A stretch of 64,000 nt of DNA from Torpedo marmorata (GCA_977017645.1 OZ360225.1:170004001-170068000), one strand, 5' to 3'; counted from the first letter of the stretch, positions 25,240 to 37,623 are shown. Numbers and translations are program-made. The notes: generated from the letters alone by a model not told the origin.

Positions 25240-27570
25240 TTGGGGGGGAGGGGAGGGTAGGAGGAGCAGCACAGACCAATAGGCAAGCGGTCATAGGTGG
25301 TTAAGGGTGGGAGGGCAGAAGAGAAAAAAGTTGAGAATTGATAGGGGGTGGCGGTTGCTCTCTGAATGGAAAAGTGATGGGGAGCTGGATGGAAGGAAAC
25401 AGAGGGATAGGGAAGAGAGAGAGACGGGGGAAGGGCCAAACAGAATCTGGAGGTCGATGTTCATACCATGTGGTTGGAAAGTACCCAGATTGAATATCCG
25501 GTGTTGTCCCTTCAATTTGCGAGTGGCCTCGGTTTGGCAGTGTATGAGTTCATGGACAGACATGCCGGCGTAGGAATGAGGTGTGGAATTTAAATGGTTG
25601 GCCACTGTGAGGTTCCCGTTATTGCAGCGGACTGAGCTAAGGTGCTCAACAAAACAATCTCCCCGTCCGCGTCCAGTCTTTCTGATGTAGAGGAGGCCAC
25701 AAGGGGAGCACCAGGTGCAGTGGATGACCCCTGCAGATTCACAAGTGAAGTGTTGCTTCACTTGGAAAGGCTGTTTGGGGCCCAGAATGGTGGTGTGGGA
25801 GGAGGTGTGGGCGCAGGTGTGGCATTTCCTGTGGTCACAGAGGTTGGTGCCGAAGGGGATGATTAGTGGGAAGGGATGAGTGGATGAGGGAGTAACGGAG
25901 GGAGCAGTCACTGCAGAGAGCAGAGAGAGAGAGGGGAGAGGGGAGATGGTGGGATCATGTTGTAGGTGATGGAAATTGCAGAGGATAATGTGTTGGTTGC
26001 GGAGGCTGGTGGGATGGTAGGTGAGGAAAAGGGGAATCCTGTTGTTGCATCTAGGGGCAGAGTTGATGGTAGTAGAGGGGAAGCCACATTTTTTGAAGAA
26101 GGAGGACATCTCAGATGATCTGGAATGGAAGTCTTCATCCTGGGAGCAGATGCGATGGAGACGGAGGAATTGAGAGAAAGGAATGTATCCTTACAGGGGA
26201 CAGGGTGTGAAGTAATGGCGGCATTGCCGGAGCCGCTGTAGCGGCAGCGCTGCCGCTGGTGCGGACCCGCGGGAAGCGAGGGAGCGGAGATACAGCGCTC
26301 CCGCGGGATCCAGCCGCCCAGTCGACTGCCGTCGATTCCGCACGGGCTTTGAACGGCCCGTTAAAGGAGCCGACGGTGGTTTTATTTGAGATCCCGCAAC
26401 CGCGGGGTCTGCGCCCAAGATGGCAGCGCCTATTAACTGGCAGCAGCCACGAGGGGCTGCAGACTCTGGGGAAGCGGGTGACTGGAGCAGGGCACCAGAG
26501 GACAGGAAGATCACCCCCCCGTCTGAGAAGGAGAAGCAGAGGAAACGACCCATGGGACGGTGACCACAGCGGCGGACCGGTGAGGGGCTCTGAGGCTGAA
26601 GGACCAGTGCATGCGGCGGGCTGCTGGCGACTCGAGGCGAGGAACCCGCGGAGGCTGTGGGCTGCTGGAGACTGCTGTCGGGGGACTCACGCCAGGCTGC
26701 GGACTACTGGAGGCTGGCTCGAACTGGCTGGAGGAGTACCAGGTATCGGAACCGGGATGCGAGGGGGTGCTGAGGGCGACCTGACCGTGTTGGAGGTTCG
26801 GATCTGCAGCTCGGGATGCCGATGGTTTGGACTGGACTCTGTGTGGCTGCGGAGGCTGCGGAAGCGCTGGAGGCGAATCTACGGACACTCGGTGTCTCTG
26901 GGGGGATTCTCTTTTGCTTCTCTTTCTCTGACTGTAAGGAATGTTAGAGGCGCTGAGGCAATTTCTGCCGGTGGCAAATCTGTCTGCCTTGCAGCAGGCA
27001 AAAAGAAATCTCATGGAATATGACACTGTCTTATTACTATGACAATAAATTGAATCTTGAATCTTGAAGAGGTTTAGTCGAAGTAACTATGGGAGTTGAT
27101 AGCTTGTTGATGATGTCTGTGGAAAGTTTGTCTCCCAAGATGGAGACAGAGAGATCAAGAAAGGGGAGAGTGTTGCCAGAGATGGACCAAGTGAATTTGA
27201 GGTCAGGGGGAAAGTTAGCTGCAAAATGGATAAAGTTGACGAGCTCATTATGGGTTCATGAGGCAGCATCAATGTAGTCATCAATGAAATTTGGGAAGGT
27301 TTGAGCAGCCTTGCCTGTGTAGGCTTTCAGCACGGATTGCTCCACATAGCCAACAAAAAGGCAGGCATAGCTGGGACCCATGCGGGTACCCATCGCCACC
27401 CCTTTGACTTGGAGAAAGTAGAATGAGTCAAAGAAGAAGTTATTGAGGGTGAGAACAAGTTCTGCCAGGCAGAGGAAGGCGGTTGTGGAGGGGGACTGGT
27501 TGGGTCTGTTGCTGAGAAAGAAAAGAAGGTGTTTGAGGCCTTCGGTATGGGGGATGGAGGTGTATAAAGA
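25240..27570 (-). mobile_element. Penelope-like element (RT + GIY-YIG), decayed, interrupted by GC-rich copy 3
   Basis: SLYTSIPH, GVAMGTRMGPSYA, FIDD; VIHCTWCSPCGLLYI. Confidence 0.9.
26213..27068 (+). mobile_element. GC-rich retroposon, full-length copy 3
   Basis: Same 5' start (aatggcggc) as copy 1; tail (tcttgaa)n; tgaag at both junctions. Confidence 0.9.
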
Positions 27571-27974
27571 TTGGCTATACACATATGAAGACTTTTTACC
27601 CCTCTGTTATTCAATATTCTTCACCCTATTGATTGGTACTTGCATAAAGGAAGTGGACCTTTTTGACATGATGCATGATGCAGATTGATTGTTTGGGATA
27701 AGCGCCTTATTTAAAACATTGCTGGAAGACTTGTTTCCTGGTTAAGGTGCTGTTCAAAAAGATCTCAAATGGGAAAATAAATAATGGAGTCTGAATACTT
27801 ATTGGTACTAGGTTTAACACTCACTCTGTTCTTTGAAGTAGACATTCAGGTTTAGAATATGATACTCACAAACTAGGATGTTGTAATTCTGTATTATTAA
27901 AAATGTCTACTCTTTTTACATCAGATATATCTGTGTCTTATGATTATAAAATAAAGTGCCTTTCCAGTGCAGTT

Positions 27975-29561
27975 GGAGATAGCCCAGGTGAACTCAATGC
28001 CTTCTACACCCAATTTGACCACCAGAACAAGGAAGACCCACTGTGCACCCCCATGTCCCCTGATGATCTCTACTGTCAGTATCCGAGGATGACGTGCGGG
28101 TTGACTTCAGGAGAGTGAATCCAAGGAAAGCATCCAGTCCGGATGGCGTACCTGGCTGAGCATTGAAAACCTGTGCTGACCAACTTGCCAATGTATTTAC
28201 GGATATTTTCAACATCTCACTTCAGCAGGACGTAGTACCCACCTATTTCAAACAGGCCTCAATCGTACCTGCGCCCAAGAAAAGTGTGGTAACCTGCCTA
28301 AATGACTATCGACCAGTGGCACTCACATCCAAAGTGATGAAGTGTTTTGAGAGGCTGGTGTTGAAACATATCAGCTCCTGTCTGAGTGGTGACATGGATC
28401 CATTCCAATTTGCTTACCACAGCAACAAGTCTGGAGCAGATGCCATCTCACTGGCTCTATACAAAGCCCTGGACAGCTAAAAATGCAGACATCAGGATGC
28501 TCTTTATCGGTTCGGCATTCAACACCATCATCCCCTCAAATCTGATCTGCAAACTCCAAGACCTGGGCCTCAACACCCCACTGTGTATTTGGATCCTGGA
28601 TTTCCTCACCTCCAGACCCCAATCAGTGAGGATTAGTAAGAACATTTTGTCAACAATCTCCATCTGTACCAGAGCACCACGGGGCTGCGTTCTTAGCCCC
28701 CTGCTCGACTCGTTTTACACGTTATTGCTGTGTGGCTCGGTACGACAATAACACCATCTAAAAATTTGCTGACGATACCACAGTAGTGGGTTGTATAAAA
28801 AGAGCGATGAGTCAGCATACAGGAGGGAGATTGAAAACTTGGCTGAATAGTGTACAAACAACAACCTCGTACTCAAGGTCACCAAAACCAAAGAGCTGAT
28901 TGTGGACTTTGGGAAGCGAAAACCAGAGGTGTACAATCCAGTGATCATTGGGGGATCAGAGGTGGAGAGGGTGAGCAAATTTAAATTCCTCAGAGTCACT
29001 ATCTCAGAGGACATTTCCTGAACCCAACATACAAATGTCATCATGAAGAGAGCACGTCAGCACCTCTACTTTCTCAGGAGTTTGCGGAGGTTTGGTATGA
29101 CATCGGAAACCTTGGCAAATTTGTACAGACGTGTTGTGGAATGTGTGCTGACCGACTGCATCACGGTCTGGTATGGGGGCACCAATACCTCTGAGCAAGT
29201 AAAGCCCTCGCTGCTGCCTTCAGCAAAGAGGTACAAGTGTCATAAGACTCGTACCACCAGGTTCAGAAACAGTTGTTACCCCATCCACCATTAGACTCCT
29301 AAACAACAAACTCAATCAGAGACTCATTTAAGGACTCTTGCTTTGGACATTATTTATTATTGAATAGTTCTGTATTGCACAGTTTGTTTACATTTCTTTC
29401 TTTATTTACATTTCTCTCTTTTGTATACGTATCTTTTCTTGAGTACAGTTTTTTGCTCTACCAATAAATGGAAATTTGGCCTGCGGCGCAGGAATAAGAA
29501 TCTCAGGGTTGTATGTGATGTCATGTATGTACTCTGACAATAAATCTGAACTTTGAACTTT
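27975..29561 (+). mobile_element. Rex1/Babar LINE, decayed
   Basis: [36 protein letters not shown]; tail aataaatctgaactttgaacttt. Confidence 0.9.
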
Positions 29562-29677
29562 GATGTCCCCAAGACACATAAACCCAATGATGAATAATAT
29601 GGTGATTATTTGTTGGCACACAACAAATATGATGAGTTAGAAAGTAAAGAGTTGATATCTCTCTCTAGTCTGGCTCC

Positions 29678-30550
29678 TGTTACAAAATCAAACCAGCAAC
29701 GACAGAAGACGCAATGCAAAAGGGGGAAAATTGAAATTTATATTTATTAAATACAATTAAACATATAATTTCACAACAATTAACCCCACTATAAACGTCT
29801 ATAAACACTATTCTTATCTAAAAGGTGTGTGTGTGTGTGTGTGTAAAGCCCAGACCATTACAGTCTGTGCCAAACCCTCATGTAAAAATGGAAAAACTTT
29901 CCCCAAAAACCCCAGGTCAGTCATAAAAACAAGTCAGTCAAAAAAATATAATACAGTCCACAAAAATTCACTCTCTAAGTTCAGGTTCCAAATTCAGCTC
30001 TGTGTGCAGGGAGAAGGACTTTTCAATGCACGTTGGAGAGAGACAATAACTGTTTATGCTTACGAATACTTGGCTTGTTTTTTTCTTCTCTGATGACTTT
30101 CCCTTTTGGTAGAGATTCACGAGGATTGCGACTCCAAATCAGTATACCACTGATTGAGGCGTGTGCTTGGATCTCACAGCTGGTCTCGCTGATCTCACGC
30201 CTGTTCTCCACAAAAGTTGCTTTAACTCAGGATTTCTCTGAGACAGGAGGCCATGTGCTATCCTTTCAACCTTTTCCTCTGGGATGCACAAGCCTGGATT
30301 TTGCTGTGTTCTCTAGCCTTTGCAACTCCAAAACTGCCTGCTTTTTGCAGAGGTCTGCACCTGCTTTTGCAAAAGTGCAACAAAGTATCTTTTCCACAGC
30401 CTGTCTCTCTCTGCTCTCTCTCTCTCTCTGGGTACACCAAGGCCTGGGCAAGTTAACTCTTTCAGTACCTGGTCCCAGTGTGTACTCCAAAAGACTTCAT
30501 CCTTCCTGCTGACCGTCTGCTGTCCAAATGGTCAGTCATGGTCCATAACA
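29678..30550 (-). mobile_element. Probable solo LTR
   Basis: Termini tgtta...taaca; near 4-bp TSD ctcc/gtcc; AATAAA on the minus strand near 29745. Confidence 0.6.
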
Positions 30551-31891
30551 GTCCATAGAGCTCACTCTGGACCTATATGTTGTCCTCACCCAATCTGCTC
30601 ACTCTGGGGTCTTATACTTTGCCCTCAGCAGCGCTGGTCCCTCTGGTTTTCCCTTTACCCCCCACTCACTCTGCTCACTGGTCCTAACCCTTGTTGTCAC
30701 CCCGCCCCTTCCCCCCACCACCCCCACCCCCCCCTCCCCACCCCGCTCACTCTGGCCATCCCCAATCATGTTCTCTCTAGCCATTGCCCAGCCTACTTGC
30801 TGTTCTCTACTGCTCCTATTCAGCACCCTGTGGCTTGGCCCCATTCTGGCTGTTCCAGCCTGCTATTATCCTGCTCTCTTTGATGTACGCATTCATGCTC
30901 ACCGACCTACTCTATCCTGCTCGCTCTTGCCTGCTATTATCTTGCTCACCCTAACTTGTTCAGTTCTGCTTACACTGCTCTCATTCTGACCTGCCCCTGT
31001 CTGTACACTTTGCTCCTATTGTTCCATTGGTGTGTCCCACTGAACCCTCTGGCTGCCTTTGGATTTCCACCCCAATTTTACATCTTTTATTTAATCTCCA
31101 CAGTGTTTGCAATGTACAGCTTTCTGCATTTATCCAGCCAGGCAGTATCACATTACCAGCCATCATATTGCTAATGCCTCGGGCACAGCAGGAGAAGCCA
31201 ATGGAGAGTCAGGGAAAGTCTATTTATGCATACTTGATTTTGATCCAATAACTTGAGGAAGATATTATTTTCAAAATGCTTAATCAATGTTTGGAAGAGA
31301 ATGTTATCATTTAAGAAAAGCTCTTTTCCATTAAAGTCATTGGAACCCTGGTCTCCTTTACACTGTTAATTTAATAGCAAGATGATAAAGGACTCAGAAG
31401 AAAGGTTGCATGTGCCCCATGTTTATAATCAAAGGAATGCTGGCATGAAGAAGGAAAGCCTGTTTTTCTGTGCATTATTTGGAAAATCCATAATGCATTG
31501 GTGATATAAATTTCATTGGAATGTGTCCTTATTTCTATAATTAAAAATTTGAGCCACATACATTCAGAAAGAAATTGATGAGCAGATTTTCAGCTAATTT
31601 TTCTTCAGGTCTAAAGTACACAATTTCTAATAACGATGATGATGATGATGAGATTATTGTTGTATACATAGTACAATAGTACCCATGACTGTGTGGCCAG
31701 GCACAATTCCAATGCCATCTACAAGTTTGCCGATGACACCACAGTTGTCAGCAGAATCACAAACGGCAATGAGGAAGCGTACAGGAGGGAGATAGATCAG
31801 CTCGTTGAATGGTGTAATGGCAACAACCTTGAGTCCAACGTCAGCAAAACCAAGGAGATGATTGTGAACTTCAGGAGGAAGTCAGGGGAAC

Positions 31892-32139
31892 TGTGGTAAA
31901 CCACTTTGTATGTATTGTGGCCTGAGGCAAGAATGACCATGACCTGTCTGTCTGTCCCGGTGACCCCTCCCCCTTTACATGGAATAAAGGCATTGAGCCA
32001 GCTACTCCTCCCCCAGTTCCGGGACAATCCAGCAGGGATCATCAGGTCAAGGTGTATTAGCCCTGGCTTTGATTCTGGTAATAAAAGCCTATTAATTCCT
32101 GCACGTCTAGACTCGCGTCTGTCATTGATAGGTATATCA
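31892..32139 (+). mobile_element. 5' LTR of Gypsy-type retrotransposon
   Basis: TG...CA ends; AATAAA at 32080; directly upstream of the gag ATG. Confidence 0.75.
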
Positions 32140-32172
32140 ATTTTATTACCAGTTTCAACAAAATCCGAATCG

Positions 32173-34182
32173 ATGGAGAATTTGTTAAAGCCAGATAAGC
32201 TAGACATCGACCCCCTGGCCCAAGACGCTGCAAGCGATTTCGAACTTTGGCAACGCTGCTTCGTAGCCTACATGAGGTCGTCCGGAGCAGCTACTGACGA
32301 GCAGAAACTCGATATCCTCATGTCCAGGGTAAGCAAGCGAGTGTATGGCGCCGTCAGGGACTGTGAGACTTTTGATAATGCCTTGGACGCCCTCCGAAAG
32401 CTGTACCTGACGCCAGCGAACGAGATTTTCGCAAGGCACCGGATATCGCAGCGGTACCAGCGACCCGGAGAGTCGGTCTCCGAATACATCCAGGACGTGA
32501 TGCTCCTGGTGCGGGCGTGTGACTGTCGAGCCCTGACGGCCGAGCAACACGCCGAAATACTGGCAAGGGACACAATCATAAGGGGGATCAGGTCGGGCTA
32601 CATCCGCCAGCGATTGCTGGAACACGCCGACCTGACCCTGAAATCGACCGTCCAGAACATCCTTAATCTGGACTCGGCCCTAAAGAACGCTGACGCTATG
32701 CAGGCGCAGCCTGCTTCTTGGATCGCCCCAACCGCCAGCCCTGCAAGAAACGCGACGGCCGCTGCCGTCTACCGGGACCAGCGCTCCGTCGCTTTCATGT
32801 TTAACAGCCAGCAGCGGGGTAAAATTAAAAATGACAAGATCATGAGGTGGAGAATAGAACTCTCCACCTACAATTACGACATCCTTTACCGGCCCGGGAA
32901 GCTCAACGAGCCCCCTGACGCTCTATCCCGGGGATCGTGCGCCAGCGCGCAGATCGACCGGTTATACTCCCTACATAATGACCTCTGCCACCCAGGAGTT
33001 ACCAGGCTGTTCCACTTCATTAAAGCACGGAACCTGCCTTTCTCCCTGGATGAGGTCAAGACCATGACCAGCAGCTGCCGAGTCTGTGCGGAGTGCAAAC
33101 CGCAGTACTACCGCCCCGACAGAGCACAGCTGGTCAAAGCCACCCGCCCGTTTGAACGTCTCAGTATAGACTTCAAGGGCCCCCTTCCCTCCACGAACCG
33201 CAATGTGTACTTCCTCAACATCATCGATGAGTACTCGCGGTTCCCCTTTGCCATCCCCTGCCCAGATACCTCGGCGGCGTCGGCTATCAAGGCTCTCCAC
33301 CAGGTTTTCACCGTGTTCGGGTTCCCCAGATATGTCCATAGCGACTGGGGATCCGCTTTCATGAGCGGGGAGCTGCGACAGCACTTGCAGACCCGAGGCA
33401 TCGCTACCAGTAGGACCACGGGTTACAACCCACGGGGGAACGGACAGGTGGAGAGGGAGAACGCCACAGTATGGACAGCGACACTACTGGCCCTGAAAGC
33501 AAAAGGGTGGCCAGTGGCTCACTGGCAGGAGGTTCTCCCGGACGCCCTCCACTCCATACGATCCCTTCTGTGTACTGCCACTAACACTACCCCTCACGAA
33601 CGTATCTTTTCCTTCCCCAGAAAATCGACCACCGGGACTACACTCCCTGCCTGGCTGACGTCCCCGGGGCCGGTGCTACTCCGCAAACATCTTCGGAGTA
33701 GCAAGTACGAGCCCTTGGTCGAGAGGGTGCAGCTGATCCATGCGAACCCGCAGTACGCATTCGTGGTTTTCCCCGACGGGCGGGAAGACACGGTGTCAAT
33801 ACGGGACCTGGCGCCTGCAGGAGCGTCAGAAGAGGTCCCCGACAGCGGGAACGCCGGGTCGCAGCTGCCCCCTCCGGCCCATCCGCCTCCCAGCACGGCG
33901 TTGTCCCGGTCACAGCTGGACAGGCCACTAGCCAGGCAGGAGGCGAACCAGACCCAGATCCACCCTACTGTACCTACTCCCGTTCCACAACCACAACCGC
34001 CTCCGCAGGTATCACGTACTCTCACTCGTACCTTCATTCCACAACCACTATGTGAACTTCAGGAGGAAGTCAGGGGAACACGACCCAGTCCTCATCGAGG
34101 GCTCAGTCGTGGAGAGGGTCAAGAACTTCAAATTCCTGGGTGTCAACATCTCCGAGGATCTGTCCTGGAGCATCCACGTTGA
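32173..34182 (+). CDS. In-frame Gag - RNase H C-terminus - integrase fusion ORF (PR/RT deleted); last ~43 codons run into Rex1 sequence
   Basis: Gag-like FARHR...YQRPGESVSEY; RH tail WRIELSTYNYDILYRPG..N...DALSR; IN HHCC and D(IDFKG), D(HSDWG), E(NGQVER); no stops. Confidence 0.8.
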   Translation: MENLLKPDKLDIDPLAQDAASDFELWQRCFVAYMRSSGAATDEQKLDILMSRVSKRVYGAVRDCETFDNALDALRKLYLTPANEIFARHRISQRYQRPGESVSEYIQDVMLLVRACDCRALTAEQHAEILARDTIIRGIRSGYIRQRLLEHADLTLKSTVQNILNLDSALKNADAMQAQPASWIAPTASPARNATAAAVYRDQRSVAFMFNSQQRGKIKNDKIMRWRIELSTYNYDILYRPGKLNEPPDALSRGSCASAQIDRLYSLHNDLCHPGVTRLFHFIKARNLPFSLDEVKTMTSSCRVCAECKPQYYRPDRAQLVKATRPFERLSIDFKGPLPSTNRNVYFLNIIDEYSRFPFAIPCPDTSAASAIKALHQVFTVFGFPRYVHSDWGSAFMSGELRQHLQTRGIATSRTTGYNPRGNGQVERENATVWTATLLALKAKGWPVAHWQEVLPDALHSIRSLLCTATNTTPHERIFSFPRKSTTGTTLPAWLTSPGPVLLRKHLRSSKYEPLVERVQLIHANPQYAFVVFPDGREDTVSIRDLAPAGASEEVPDSGNAGSQLPPPAHPPPSTALSRSQLDRPLARQEANQTQIHPTVPTPVPQPQPPPQVSRTLTRTFIPQPLCELQEEVRGTRPSPHRGLSRGEGQELQIPGCQHLRGSVLEHPR

Positions 34183-34792
34183 TGCAATCACAAAGAAGGC
34201 TCGTCAGCGGCTATATTTTGTGAGATGTCTGCGGAGATTCGGTATGTTACCAAAGACTCTCGTAAACTTCTACAGGTTTACCGTGGAGAGCATTCTGGCT
34301 GGTTGCATCACTGCCTGGTATGGAGGCGCCAACTCCCAGGACAAGAGTAAACTCCAGAAGGTTGTTAACTCGGCATGTGACATCACAGGCACCAAACTTC
34401 ACTCCATCAAGGACAGCTACATGAGGCGGTGTCTTAAAAAAGCAGCCTCTATCCTCAAAGACCCCCACCACCCAGGCCATGCCCTCTTCACTCTGCTTCC
34501 ATCGGGAAAAAGGCACAGAAGACTAAAGACGAGCACTCAACGGCACAAGGACAGCTTCTTCCACGCTGCCATCAGATTCCTGAATAATCAATGAACCAAA
34601 GACACTGCCTTACTTTTCGTGCACTATTGTTTATAATTTTTTATAGTAATGTCGTTAGATGGTTAATATGAATGTTAATTGCACTATGATGCTGCCGCAA
34701 AACACCGAATTTCATGACTTGTTCATTACAATAAATTCTGATTCTGATTCTGATTTATTTTTTCTCTATTTGCGCAGTTGGTTGTTTACATT

Positions 34793-35550
34793 TCAGAATC
34801 AGAATCAGAATTTATTGTCATGAACAAGTCATGAAATTCGGTGTTTTGCGGTAGCATCATAGTGCAAACATTCATATTATAACCATCTTACGACATTACT
34901 ATAAAAAAAAGTATAAATAATAGTGCACAAAAAGTAAGGCAGTGTCTTTGGTTCATTGATTATTCAGGAATCTGATGGCAGCGGGGAAGAAGCTGTCCTT
35001 GTGCCGTTGGGTGCTCATCTTTAGGCTCCTGTACCTTTTTCCCAAGGGTAGCAGAGTGAAGAGGGCATGGCCTGGGTGGTGGGGGTCTTTGAGGACAGAG
35101 GCTGCTTTTTTAAAACACCGTCTCTTGTAGATGTCCTTGATGGAGTGAAGTCTGGTGCCTGTGATGTCACAGGCCGAGTTAACAACCCTCTGGAGTTTAT
35201 TCTTGTCCTGAGAGTTAGCGCATCCATACCAGGTAGTGATGCAACCAGCCAGAATGCTCTCCACGGTACACCTGTAGAAGTTTACGAGAGTCTTCGGTGA
35301 CATACCGAATCTCCTCAGACACTTCACAAAGTATATCCATTGGCGAGCCTTCTTTGTGATTGCATCAATGTGGAGGCTTCAGGACAGATCCTCGGAGATG
35401 TTGACACCCAGGACTTTAAAGTTCTTGACCCTCTCCACTACTGAGCCCTCGATGAGGACTGGGTCGTGTTCTCCTGACTTCCTCCTGAAGTCCACAATCA
35501 TCTCCTTGGTTTTGCTGAAGTTGAGCGCAAGGTTGTGGTCGTTACACCAT
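34793..35550 (-). mobile_element. Rex1/Babar LINE 3' part, tail-to-tail with the previous copy
   Basis: ORF 34953-35327; tail (tctgat)n. Confidence 0.9.
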
Positions 35551-37623
35551 TCAATGAGTATTTGTTAACAATTATGTGTGCAGCCACCAGATTTCCAGAG
35601 GCCATTCCTCTGAGAAACATTAAAGCACAAGCAATTGTAAAGGCTATGGTAAAGTTTTTCACCTTGGTAGGTTTGCCAAGGGAAATTCAATCAGATCAGG
35701 GTAGTAATTTCATGTCAGGAGTATTCCAACAAGTGGTTGATAGACTTGGAGTTAAACAGATTGTATCCTCTTCGTACCATCCAGAAAATCAAGGGGCCTT
35801 TGAGAGGTTCCATTCGACTTTGAAAAACATGATTAGAACCTATTGTTGCGAGAAGGAAAAGGATTGGGATGAGGTGGTTCATTTGTTGTTATTTGCAGCG
35901 AGTGAGTCTGTCCAAGAATCACTTGGTTTTAGTCCATTCGAGTTAGTTTTCGGACACGAGATGAGAGGTCCTTTAAGGTTATTAAAAGAACAGTGGATTA
36001 ATAGTGATGTGCATTTAAATCTGTTAGATTACTTTTCCAAATTTAAGGATCGGTTGCATAAAACTTGTGAGATGGCAAAAGAGACTTTAAAGGCCACTCA
36101 ACAGAGAATGAAGGTTTGGTACGATCGAAAGGCCAAGATGAGAACTTTTAAACCTGTTGAGAACATATTAGTTCTGTTTCCCACACATTTAAATCCTCTT
36201 AGGGCTAGGTTTTCAGGACCCTATAGAGTTAAGGCAAAAATTAATGAGGTCACCTATGTAATAGAAACACCTAATCGCAGACGAGACACACAGGTCTGCC
36301 ATGTGAATATGATTAAGCCATATTTTGAACAGGTGCCACACAAAGAGACTGAACATTTACCAGAAGTGCTGGTTATCGATCAGGGTAAGGAGGAGACAGA
36401 TAAATCCAGTTTCAGAGAGGGTCATGCGACACAGAAATTGATAAGCCCGAGATTAGAAAATTCTATGATTTTGCGCAATCTGAGACAAAGTTGGCTCATC
36501 TCAAAACTTCTGAAAAGGAAGAGATGAGTGAGTTATTTTTAAAATTTACAAATTTATTTCCCGATGTGCCTCAGAAAATTTCTATCGCTTATCATGATGT
36601 GGATATAGGAGATGCAAGACCGATAAAACAGCATCCCTATCGAATAAATGTGGAAAAGTGCAAACTGGTAGATCAGGAAATTGACTACATGGTAAAGAAC
36701 AATATCATTCGAAAGTCTACTTCCAATTGGAGTTCCCCTTGAGTTTTGGTGCCTAAGCCTGATGGAAGGGTAAGGTTTTGCACTGATTATAGGAAAGTAA
36801 ATTCTGTGAAAAAGACAGATGCTTATCCTATTCAAAGAATAGATAAGGTGGGGAAGGCCAAATTTCTTACAAAAATTGTCTTATTGAACGGGTACTGGTG
36901 TGTTCCTTTGACAAAAAGGGCAAGGGTGATTTCTGCATTCGTAACACCTTTTGGGCTGTATGAGTATAATGTTATGCCTTTTGGTATGAAGAATGCTCCA
37001 GGAACATTTCAGAGAATGATTAATTCAGTAATTCAAGGGTTGAAAAACACAGGTGCTTACATTGATGATTTAATTGTAAGTAGTGACACCTGGGAAGAGC
37101 ATGTATTTGAGTTAAAACAATTGTTTGAACGACTGTCAAAAGTAAATCTCACAGTTAATTTAAGTAAAAGTGAGTTTGGACATGCGACTGTTATTTATCT
37201 GAGTTATGTAGTAGGACAGGGGCAGTTGGCGCCAGTAGAGGCAAAGGTTGTGACTATTTCCGAGTTTCTTGTTCCAACTGGTAAGAAAACTCTGAGGAGG
37301 TTCCTGGGAATGATTGGCTACTACCGCAAGTTCTGTAAAAATTTTGCAGATCTTGCGCTCCCTCTCACAAATTTGGTTAGAAAGGGAGAAAAATTTGTAT
37401 GGTCAACAGGTTGTCAGGAAGCATTTGCCAAATTGAAAGCCATTTTATGTCACCAATTTGTGCTTAAGTCACCTGATATAGAAAAGCCATTTTCTTTAGC
37501 CGTGGATGCCAGCGATGAAGCTGTGGGTGCGGTGCTGTTACAGAGGAAGAACGAAGAGGACATTGACCATCCAGTATCCTACTTCTCTAAGAAGTTCAAT
37601 GATCATCAAAGGAATTATTCAAC
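35551..37623 (+). mobile_element. Gmr1-like Gypsy pol fragment with integrase upstream of RT-RNase H
   Basis: IN (TRFPEAIP, SDQGSNF, YHPENQG..ER, GPY) precedes RT (PIKQHPYR, MPFGMKNAP, YIDD) and RH (AVDASD..VGAVL). Confidence 0.85.

Larger units (their letters stand above)
31681..34756 (+). mobile_element. Young Rex1/Babar LINE, 5'-truncated, interrupted by a Gypsy element
   Basis: THDCVA...KFADDT; ORF 34052-34594; tail (tctgat)n; near-identical to 56721-57657. Confidence 0.9.

Noticed and set aside
26259-27023. 230-250 aa ORFs in the GC-rich repeat copies
   Set aside because: Several frames on both strands are open because of high GC, copy 1 is frameshifted, and there is no recognisable domain.
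30560-31050. Pyrimidine-rich region with overlapping ORFs
   Set aside because: It is low-complexity sequence with no assignable family or motif.
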